Below are positions 56,228 to 64,000 of a DNA stretch of 64,000 nt, piece after piece (position 1 is the first letter of the stretch; the number at the start of each line of letters is the position of its first letter). The notes beneath the pieces are model-generated. The model did not search any database, was not told the origin of the DNA, and saw nothing but the letters and a program-made list of their open reading frames with translations. Made by a program: the position numbers and the translations under genes. This DNA is from a virus: UHGV virus genome UHGV-0145886; one strand, written 5' to 3'.

Positions 56228-56623
56228 TTACTCAACGGGCGTCTCGTCTTCATCGACGATTATGTCCATGAGCGGAGCCAAATCTTCGAGAGAAATTTCA
56301 AGGTTTTCGAACTCTCTAAGGTCAAAGGTGTACGGGACATCGACTTCGAGCTGATTGAGTTCTGATACTTTTTGATTTGCATCTTGAATATGTTCCTTTT
56401 GGATGATGACATTTGTGCCATCTTCGGAGAGGACATAGGAACCATCTTCTTTCTTTTCGGCATATTCGTCGAGAATTTGACGGAAAAGATTTCGATAGTT
56501 TTCAGCTTCATTAGAGACAAGCTCGGTAAGTTTTAGAAGCCGATAAGCGGTTTTTATTGGAAGATTTTTAGATTTTAGGTTCTTGATTGCCTCTTCCATG
56601 GCAAGAATTTTTTGAATACGCAT
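56228..56623 (-). CDS. DUF1617-like tail-associated protein
   Basis: LPIKTAYRL.K...YAEK.EDG...ELN.LEV; typical position downstream of Tal. Confidence 0.6.
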   Translation of the reverse strand: MRIQKILAMEEAIKNLKSKNLPIKTAYRLLKLTELVSNEAENYRNLFRQILDEYAEKKEDGSYVLSEDGTNVIIQKEHIQDANQKVSELNQLEVDVPYTFDLREFENLEISLEDLAPLMDIIVDEDETPVE

Positions 56624-56635
56624 TTTAAACTCCTT

Positions 56636-59600
56636 TTACTGATCAGCGGCATCATATACGAACTTTGTATTTGATATGTGAAGAGTTCCTAACCACTTGG
56701 CTTTTTCATAAAAATTTATAATTATATGATTACTGATTCTTGGATGAGAAGATATTCTTACTCGAACGTCAGCCGAACTAAAAGGTGTTTGTTCAGCTAT
56801 TTCTCCTGATGGAGTATTAAATAAACAAAACTCGGCGGTAGGCACTTGCTCTGTATATGTACCAAGAGTAGTTTTTCTGACTACTTCCAAGCTGGCAGTA
56901 CATTCAACATTTTTTAAGGCTAATCTTGCTGGATATCGAGAGCCAAGCTGATAACTACTTAATTTTAAACTATATTTATTGCCTATAAATCTCATACCAT
57001 CATAAGAATTAAACAAAGATACACTATAATTATCTTGATAAGGTTGAGGTATACCACAGCCAATCATAGTGCCTACTCCTTGCTCACTTGCTTTTTGAGT
57101 AGAATATGCTCTCATTGAATAAGCCCCGGAAGCCTCAAGAGATGAATTACCCGAAAGTAGCAATAAGCCCGGTGATTGTATCATACCTACAGCTGTACCG
57201 TTACTATTAAAACTAAAACCAATAACGCCTTCATATTGACTACCGGTTAAATCGGTTGTGGGCACCAAAAAAGTACCACAAAAATCATCGTACTGTTGAT
57301 CCTCTTGAAAACTTTTCAGCAATAAATCCTTATATTTTCCTTTTATTCTTAAATTGCCTGTCATCTTGGCAGTACCATCTTTATTAACGATAAAGTTATC
57401 ATTTGCATTGAAAACTTGGTCATTGTCCAAAACACCAATTTTAACCTTAGTGCTTGTTCCTGTACCAATCGATAAACTTTGCCTTAACCATAAACTTCCA
57501 TTATCAATCGTTTCCAAAACGGGCGTTCCATCATTATCACAAATTCGTATACCGTAATTTCCATTGTTGTTTAAGCGACCAATTAAAACCTTATCTTTAT
57601 CTCCCTTTTTAACGACAATATCATACTTATTATTAATCTCAATAGAACCAACAACATTATTACTACTATCTTTCTGTATTGAACGTATAAGCAATCCCGA
57701 CCAAGTCAATGAGAACATTGAATTGCTTCGAACCTCTTCTTCATTTGCAGGAACAAAATTCGTATTATCATTATCATTACCATTATTATACCCATAAATT
57801 CCAAATTTGTCAAATCTTACGAATCGATTCATTTTCAAAACTGGATTAGATTCAGGTGTAAGATAGTCTTTTCCACTCCAATAAGCAGTAATGCCATTTG
57901 TATCCCAACGGAATGCTGGTGTAGTACCATCCATAATCGTAATCTTCGAAGTCGAAATCGAACCTGCACTCAAGAATTGGACTCCAATTTGTCCAGCTTT
58001 CATCATTGTGGTCCACGTCTCGCCACCATCGTCACTAAATACTATGCCGCCGGAGGTTATCTTGAGTTTTTGGTCAAGATTTTTCAAACTTGTTAATGTT
58101 ATGCCAGTATTATCCTGCACAACAGACTCGTCAGTTGCTTTTGTAACAATATCCTGTGCGGCGAGTAAACTATCTTGGAGTATATCAGCTTTTAATTCGC
58201 CCTTCTCATTTACCACGCCCGCAGCACGATTATACCCACCTTGAACAAATTGTAAGGATTGAGTAGTTGCATTAATGCGCTGGAATAAATCCTCAAACTG
58301 GGTTTTATAGTTTTGAACCGTAATCGTATCCTTGTCTGGTTCATCAAAATTTATGCTAATTTCAGAGATAAGAACTGCCTCTTTATAGGGAGTCCGCTTC
58401 TTATCAATTTTTGAGTAGTATTCATACCCAAAAAAGTCGGGGTCTTGTATATAAGTAGTATCGCCGACATGGAATCGGCGGAACTTAAACTCTGGAAGCT
58501 CACTTACACGAGTAACCGCAATATCATACTGAACCTGCGGGCGACTACTTGTGTATGCAACACTCAATGCATCGTAGTAGTATATATTCGGATCAATATA
58601 ATCTTCAGAGTTCCACGAACCCTCTTGAATATAAGTTGAGTATTTGTTATAAAACCTTTGGTGGAGTTCTTTTATTTGTTTGAGAAGGGTGTCGCGTAGT
58701 GTGGTGTTATCACTAATGGCAGTTTGTAATGTCGCTAAAGCTGCGTCAAGTTTGAGACAGATTGCTCTATAAGTAGCAATATCACCATCAAGGTCTTTTA
58801 TAGTTTTAATTAAGTCGGCATTTTGGTCGGAGGGAGCGAGTACAGAAGTTGTTCCACCACCGGTAGGGTTAGGTTTAGAAATATACTGCTTAATTTGTTG
58901 TAAAGCTTTCTGTATTGAAATCCATTTACCTTTTATTAAAAGGTTTGATTGATCTGAATCGTCAGCTTTTGGATTAGGAGTTGTAGTCTTTGTTCCTGAC
59001 ATATCGCCTCCTAATGCAGCCAGCTCATCAATCAACTCATCGCGTTCTTTAACAACGCAAGCAAGCAGCCCCTCATACACAACTGACTGTTGAAGAAGTC
59101 GTGTTTCTTGGTTCCGCAGTAGTATTGCCTTGTCTGCGGCGGTTAAGTATTCAATATTATACTTGTGAAGTTTCGTATAATATCCAATATAGTCATCGCT
59201 TGTACCAGAATAATACAAGTCTCGATTTAGCGTTTCGCCGTCAAGCAAACCTTGGTTTACATAATAGTCAAAATTAAGTACGAAATTCTCTCGTGGGTAG
59301 TTCTCCTCACTATCAACAATAGAGCAAGTTCCATTCGGCGCATTCTCATTATAGTTTGCAAGTACGATAGTCTTTGTGACAAGTTCAGAGGAAGATTGGG
59401 TGCGACGAATTGTATTAAGATCAATACCATAGGTGAAGCCATAGGACAGTTGCTGTCCAATTTTTTCGGAAAAATAAACGGTTTTCCTCTGTTTACCCTT
59501 GGAATCGCGTTTGATTGACCCATCTGCGTTGTGATAAATTTTAAAGCGCGCCCAACACTTAAATGTTTCTGCAAGTTCTTGGAGTAAATTAAAACGATTT

Positions 59601-61450
59601 GATTGTTGTCCATAGATAGTACGGACTTTTTCAAACTGACTATACTCGCGATCTGTTGCGCCTGCACTCTTAGCCCAGCCGCCATAGACAGGTTCGTATA
59701 GTGGACAAGGAATTTGTGCTTTATAAATATATGGGGCCGTTCCATCAGAATTTGATGTGCCTTCGTAGTAATAGTAATAGAATTTTTTCGCAACATCAAC
59801 TGTATTTATGTCATAGAGGTTATTATTACCTTGACTGCCGGCACCACCAGTGATACCTTGAAATAACTCATAAAGTCGAGTTTCAAGAATTTTTAGGATA
59901 GTTTTACTCACATTTGTGCTGGTGATAATTAACTGAGCATCAGATAGAAAATTTTTTGCTAAAGCCTTAACGCACATCAAAGTGCCGCTATACCAACTTA
60001 CTCCATCGGAAATTTCAGGCTTTGACAAATTAGTTGTACTAAAATAGACAATGGGATTACCCTCGGAATCTTTTTTAGTTTTGCTTTGAATTAATACTTG
60101 AAGACCCGTCACCGTGCTGCTATTTAATCCAAGACTAAAACGAAGTTGTTGTCCTTCGAAGAATCCGCTTGACAAGTATTGCGAAGCACTCGAGAAAGTG
60201 TCATTAACGAGTTCTAACCCCTTTTTTAATACTGCACTTAGATAAGAATGACCTTTATATGTTGTCAAATTAGTATTAAGTCCCAACTTTGGAAGAAGCT
60301 CAATTTTGAGGTCTGTGCCTTTCCAACCAGTTGTATCTTTAAAGTCCTTGTTATTTGAAAGCAAATTATTAACAAGGTCCGATGCATCGTAGTCATAGTC
60401 AACATAACCAAAAATACGCTTATCGTCTGCAGTAGGATTTGAACCTTTTAACTTGTATACATTAACATAACGCTCTAAGTTTGCATCGTAAGTTGAAAGC
60501 TGCTTGCGGCAGTATACATTACCACGATATCGATTGGAAACATAAGCTTCTTTACTAACTGTAAAGACAGTTCTTAAACTACCTCCAGAAGTACCGTTTT
60601 GGGGAACCTTAAATTGATAATTACTACCATTTATAATCCATTTTCCACCAGTTATCAACCAATTGCAATCCTCATTAGTAATCACCATACTACTAAACTC
60701 AGTCGTATACTTAGGCGCATAGATAAATTGGATTGTAGTCATATCTGCAATTTCATCATCACTATGCGGCACCATTGAGTAAGGAAGATAGCAAACCGCG
60801 TTTTTTGGTACTTTTTCATTCTTATCCTTAGTTATATTTAAAAAACCATCTGCAAAGCTACCGCCAAGAACATCAGTGTTAGTGGCTTTGGCTTCATATA
60901 AAGCTTCTTCCTGCGTTTGAAGTAAATGGTCTGTATTTTTCTCATCTAACTGCCAGTCAGTTCCATCCAAGACCGCAGTTGCAAGTTCATAAATAGTACC
61001 TTGGTTATTATTTGCTTCATCACTAAAGTTAAGCTCAAAGCCACTCTTACCAAGCTCATTTATAAACAAATCCTCGCAGGTATACGTAACGGTGTTACTA
61101 TCAGAATCCTCAGATATATCTTTAACTACGAGGTCATACCACTTATCATTTATATCTTCTTGTCCATTATCCCAATAAGCTTTGACCCTGCGCTCATTCA
61201 CAAGCAATTTAACAAAAGGATTGTCTATTTTTTCTCCTGTTGTTATATCAATATATGACAAATAAAGTTTGAAAGTAAGCGTATGCGTTCCGTTTACATT
61301 TAAAACAAGATTTGGTTCTAATGCGCGCGAGCCATCAGTCATAGTGTTCGAGCCAATTACACAAAGCTTCTTCTCTTCGTAATGGCTATCCATTAATCCC
61401 GAGGCAGCCACAAAGCGGTCTTCCCAAACACTTATTTCATATTTGTTCAT
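56636..61450 (-). CDS. Tail spike/Tal (minor structural) protein
   Basis: 1604 aa after Dit; SNRFNLLQELAE.F.CW.RF, NFDYY, QEGSW....Y.D, QNYKTQFEDLFQRI, FSDDGGETW. Confidence 0.8.
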   Translation of the reverse strand: MNKYEISVWEDRFVAASGLMDSHYEEKKLCVIGSNTMTDGSRALEPNLVLNVNGTHTLTFKLYLSYIDITTGEKIDNPFVKLLVNERRVKAYWDNGQEDINDKWYDLVVKDISEDSDSNTVTYTCEDLFINELGKSGFELNFSDEANNNQGTIYELATAVLDGTDWQLDEKNTDHLLQTQEEALYEAKATNTDVLGGSFADGFLNITKDKNEKVPKNAVCYLPYSMVPHSDDEIADMTTIQFIYAPKYTTEFSSMVITNEDCNWLITGGKWIINGSNYQFKVPQNGTSGGSLRTVFTVSKEAYVSNRYRGNVYCRKQLSTYDANLERYVNVYKLKGSNPTADDKRIFGYVDYDYDASDLVNNLLSNNKDFKDTTGWKGTDLKIELLPKLGLNTNLTTYKGHSYLSAVLKKGLELVNDTFSSASQYLSSGFFEGQQLRFSLGLNSSTVTGLQVLIQSKTKKDSEGNPIVYFSTTNLSKPEISDGVSWYSGTLMCVKALAKNFLSDAQLIITSTNVSKTILKILETRLYELFQGITGGAGSQGNNNLYDINTVDVAKKFYYYYYEGTSNSDGTAPYIYKAQIPCPLYEPVYGGWAKSAGATDREYSQFEKVRTIYGQQSNRFNLLQELAETFKCWARFKIYHNADGSIKRDSKGKQRKTVYFSEKIGQQLSYGFTYGIDLNTIRRTQSSSELVTKTIVLANYNENAPNGTCSIVDSEENYPRENFVLNFDYYVNQGLLDGETLNRDLYYSGTSDDYIGYYTKLHKYNIEYLTAADKAILLRNQETRLLQQSVVYEGLLACVVKERDELIDELAALGGDMSGTKTTTPNPKADDSDQSNLLIKGKWISIQKALQQIKQYISKPNPTGGGTTSVLAPSDQNADLIKTIKDLDGDIATYRAICLKLDAALATLQTAISDNTTLRDTLLKQIKELHQRFYNKYSTYIQEGSWNSEDYIDPNIYYYDALSVAYTSSRPQVQYDIAVTRVSELPEFKFRRFHVGDTTYIQDPDFFGYEYYSKIDKKRTPYKEAVLISEISINFDEPDKDTITVQNYKTQFEDLFQRINATTQSLQFVQGGYNRAAGVVNEKGELKADILQDSLLAAQDIVTKATDESVVQDNTGITLTSLKNLDQKLKITSGGIVFSDDGGETWTTMMKAGQIGVQFLSAGSISTSKITIMDGTTPAFRWDTNGITAYWSGKDYLTPESNPVLKMNRFVRFDKFGIYGYNNGNDNDNTNFVPANEEEVRSNSMFSLTWSGLLIRSIQKDSSNNVVGSIEINNKYDIVVKKGDKDKVLIGRLNNNGNYGIRICDNDGTPVLETIDNGSLWLRQSLSIGTGTSTKVKIGVLDNDQVFNANDNFIVNKDGTAKMTGNLRIKGKYKDLLLKSFQEDQQYDDFCGTFLVPTTDLTGSQYEGVIGFSFNSNGTAVGMIQSPGLLLLSGNSSLEASGAYSMRAYSTQKASEQGVGTMIGCGIPQPYQDNYSVSLFNSYDGMRFIGNKYSLKLSSYQLGSRYPARLALKNVECTASLEVVRKTTLGTYTEQVPTAEFCLFNTPSGEIAEQTPFSSADVRVRISSHPRISNHIIINFYEKAKWLGTLHISNTKFVYDAADQ

Positions 61451-61464
61451 TTAACTGCCTCCTT

Positions 61465-62508
61465 TTAATAATAAAGATAATCATATTCAAGTTTTTTAAT
61501 CGGGTCTCCCTCAACGTCAGTGTATGTTGCCAAATACATTTCTGGACAATCGAATGAGGTTGGTATTGTAAAGAAGTCTCCATCTTTAATAAGACTGTTA
61601 TAAATCTTGCCGGTAGGTTCCTTTATCTGACCATCTTTGGTTGCTGAATAGCCAAGCAAGAGGTTTGACTTCACATCGATACAAATAAATTTATTATCAC
61701 CTTGGTCTTTTAGGGGAATCATTCGATCTACCGCAGAGTCATGAAAATTCAAGACCTTTCCCACCATAATAGGACTTATGTCTTTCGGATTTCGCTGCAG
61801 GCAAAGAGTCTTAACAGGGAACACTCCATCCCGCAAAGTAATAAAAAGTTTAAAATCCGTTTCAAGGTCTCCCGCATTGTAAACCCTTATACCATATTTA
61901 GGAGCACTTGTAGGAAATTTCTGAGTCTTGTCATAGTCTCCCTGCTGCATTAACATATTACTACTTTCGCTCCACTCATCTCGATTCGAAGCAAAACCAA
62001 CCCACTCAGGGATTGAATACTCTCCATTCGAGCGAAACTCGTTTAAATATTTAAGCCCCTTTCCATTAATATGTCTATTCCGTGCGAAAGGTGAGTAAGC
62101 TGTAAACTCCAATGTACCCTCGCCCTTATAAACTCTCTGACCTTTTTCATCAAAGCAAATATAAGTAAGTTGTGGTTCACCTGTCGGTTTAACCAAATAC
62201 TCTTTATATGGTCGCTCATCAAAAACTAATGGTACAATATCCTTGCATGCCATCGCGCGTCGTAGATTGCGAAGCTGAGTCTCTGTCATCGAGTCATACG
62301 CAATTGGTATTGAAAATGGTTTTTGAGAATAATTTGACTTCCAGTAATACATCCCATCCCCACCGGGCACTTGCGCCGTAGCGTCTGAGAAGCTGGGGAG
62401 CAAACCCTCATTGAATCTGCTCCCATCACTTGTTCTCAGGATACCCAGTTTGGAAGAATGGAAGTTTCCTATGGAAAAGCCAATAAAATCGCCTTTTAAA
62501 ACTTCCAA
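61465..62508 (-). CDS. Distal tail protein (Dit-like)
   Basis: DFIGFS...S.LGI.R; VPGGDG.YY; LVFDERPYK.Y; F.AYSPFA; N.GDLET. Confidence 0.8.
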   Translation of the reverse strand: MEVLKGDFIGFSIGNFHSSKLGILRTSDGSRFNEGLLPSFSDATAQVPGGDGMYYWKSNYSQKPFSIPIAYDSMTETQLRNLRRAMACKDIVPLVFDERPYKEYLVKPTGEPQLTYICFDEKGQRVYKGEGTLEFTAYSPFARNRHINGKGLKYLNEFRSNGEYSIPEWVGFASNRDEWSESSNMLMQQGDYDKTQKFPTSAPKYGIRVYNAGDLETDFKLFITLRDGVFPVKTLCLQRNPKDISPIMVGKVLNFHDSAVDRMIPLKDQGDNKFICIDVKSNLLLGYSATKDGQIKEPTGKIYNSLIKDGDFFTIPTSFDCPEMYLATYTDVEGDPIKKLEYDYLYY

Positions 62509-62521
62509 ATCTCTTCCTCCT

Positions 62522-64000
62522 TTATCTCTTTAGGTTTATCGTTCTTACATTACGATAATTTGCATCTTTTGTAATTTCCTTCTTAATCTTTCTTACGAGC
62601 TGATCTACATCATAATCGTTCGAAAGTCTGTCTACTTGTATGTCGATATCGTAATAGTTATCTCCATTATTCTCAGAATTACTATTACCGAGACCTCTGG
62701 TTTTGGTTAATACTTCGCCAAGGATATCGCGCAATTGTAAGAAGTTTTGTGTGTCGCGCGCATTCAAAACAGCTTCAGGTTTTGATTTTGTACCGTCCAT
62801 CCACGCGGGGCCAGTGAAGTTGGCAAGTCCACCCTTCTTGTAGGCTTGCAACGCAGCCGCAGTGTACCAACCAGTCCAACCGGAGGGACTATTGCTTGTG
62901 CCGATTAAGTAAGGATACTTCGCACCCTTGCGTATCTTGAGGATTTTTCTATTGGAAAGACCCTTTGCCGCGCGGCCACCTGAACCGTCGGATGCCGCAT
63001 TACCAAAGCCAACGGTACGAACTCGAGTACCAACAGCCAATGTTTTCGCACCATTAGAAGTTGGGTTTTTCTTCGGTGTTTGGGACTGCGGAGTTTGGGT
63101 TTTGTTGATGTCTGGATATGAAGTAGAAGGCTTATAGGTATTTTTACCTGCATTTTTAGCATCGAGATACTGTTTAGCGAGAGTCGTATTCATGTTGCGC
63201 TGTTCGATAGCTTTCGCACGCTCTTCTTCGGACATTTGGGTGTATTCGTAGTAATCGGCTAAAATTCGTTCAAGTTCAGAACCTTCGATAATCTTGCCAT
63301 CAGGACCCCAACCCTCTTCCATGAGGACTTTAACTTGTGCCCACAATGCGCCTGACTCTTGATCTTGCTCAAGTTGCTTTTGCATGATTTCGAGCTGTTT
63401 CTCACGAACTTTTTGGGCTTCATCGTTTTGCTCTTCAAGCTCGCTTATCTTTTGGTCGATAAGCTCGTCAGTATAATCTCGACGCATTTGCTCGACATCT
63501 TTGCGCGCGGCGATTATGTCAGCTTGAGTTGAACCTGTGTCACGCTCCATACGGAATAATTGTGCATCTTTGTCGGCAATTTCTTTTTCCTTTTCGGCAT
63601 TGTCACGATCCTGACGCTGTTTATCGATGTACTTGCGAAGGGCATCAAGTATATCGGATTTTGCTTCAGCAAGAGTTGAGATGTATTCGCTGTACTTATC
63701 GATTTCGTCTTGACGTTGCTTGATGAGAGCATTGTAAACGTCTTTTTGAAAATCAATGTATTCATCGCGTCCGCGCTGAGTAAGTTCGTAGAGTTGGTCT
63801 TCGATTTCCCAAAGAGCATCTTCTGCACCCTCGATTTCGCCTTTTAGTTCTTCGAGCTTGCTTACTTGCTCTTCGATTCCTTTGCCGATGTCCTCATTTT
63901 TGTTCTTCTTTATAAGGTCGTAATTAAGGACAACATTGCCCGTTGACATATCATAGTGGGCATATTTGGAATATTTATTTTTATTGAGCTTTTCAACATC
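62522..64000 (-). CDS. Tape measure protein, C-terminal part (5' truncated by the window)
   Basis: Open to the window edge; long coiled coil; YKKGGLANFTGPAWMDGTKSKPEAVLN; upstream of Dit. Confidence 0.85.
   Translation of the reverse strand, partial: DVEKLNKNKYSKYAHYDMSTGNVVLNYDLIKKNKNEDIGKGIEEQVSKLEELKGEIEGAEDALWEIEDQLYELTQRGRDEYIDFQKDVYNALIKQRQDEIDKYSEYISTLAEAKSDILDALRKYIDKQRQDRDNAEKEKEIADKDAQLFRMERDTGSTQADIIAARKDVEQMRRDYTDELIDQKISELEEQNDEAQKVREKQLEIMQKQLEQDQESGALWAQVKVLMEEGWGPDGKIIEGSELERILADYYEYTQMSEEERAKAIEQRNMNTTLAKQYLDAKNAGKNTYKPSTSYPDINKTQTPQSQTPKKNPTSNGAKTLAVGTRVRTVGFGNAASDGSGGRAAKGLSNRKILKIRKGAKYPYLIGTSNSPSGWTGWYTAAALQAYKKGGLANFTGPAWMDGTKSKPEAVLNARDTQNFLQLRDILGEVLTKTRGLGNSNSENNGDNYYDIDIQVDRLSNDYDVDQLVRKIKKEITKDANYRNVRTINLKR

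Noticed and set aside
1..64000. Genome-wide TAG-to-Gln recoding (code 15)
   Set aside because: Nearly all genes, including the 1604-aa Tal, are intact in the standard code, and no CUA-anticodon tRNA is present in the window; only isolated amber sites are reported.
1..64000. CRISPR array, DGR/retron reverse transcriptase, integrase or transposase
   Set aside because: No regularly spaced repeats and no RT (YxDD), integrase or transposase motifs were seen.

Overview
A 64-kb segment of a large, AT-rich, tailed dsDNA phage, probably infecting a gut Clostridia/Firmicutes host (inferred from gene content: Amidase_3+CW_7 endolysin, class III RNR, TG-extended sigma-A promoters). Almost all genes are on the minus strand. 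The window holds a replication block (DnaE, RecJ, primase, DnaB, Sak4-like ATPase, SSB, type II topoisomerase A and B, UvrD, ligase, RuvC) and nucleotide metabolism genes (NrdD/NrdG/NrdH/FTR, ThyX-like, dCMP deaminase, dUTPase, dNMP kinase). It also holds PhoH, ClpP, two tail-fibre/adhesin clusters, lysis genes and the end of the tail operon (TMP C-terminus, Dit, Tal). The most unusual content is RNA-level. (i) A ~1.6-kb noncoding operon (12.5-14.1 kb) has four tRNAs, three of them structurally atypical, a ~690-nt ROOL-like RNA closed by a perfect 24-bp helix, several pseudoknotted spacers, and a minimal HDV-like (theta) ribozyme fused to the 3' end of a long-variable-arm tRNA-Gln. (ii) A group I intron carrying a GIY-YIG endonuclease in its P1 loop splits an uncharacterised gene of a five-gene cassette. 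(iii) There are two candidate recoding sites at amber codons: an 8-nt TAG-containing insert splitting the HNH motif of DnaE, and an in-frame TAG inside a tail-associated phosphatase, in a genome that almost never stops on TAG. (iv) Alternating CG tracts (GCGCGC/CGCGCG) are strongly over-represented across the window. All calls come from reading the sequence by eye; no database searches were run.
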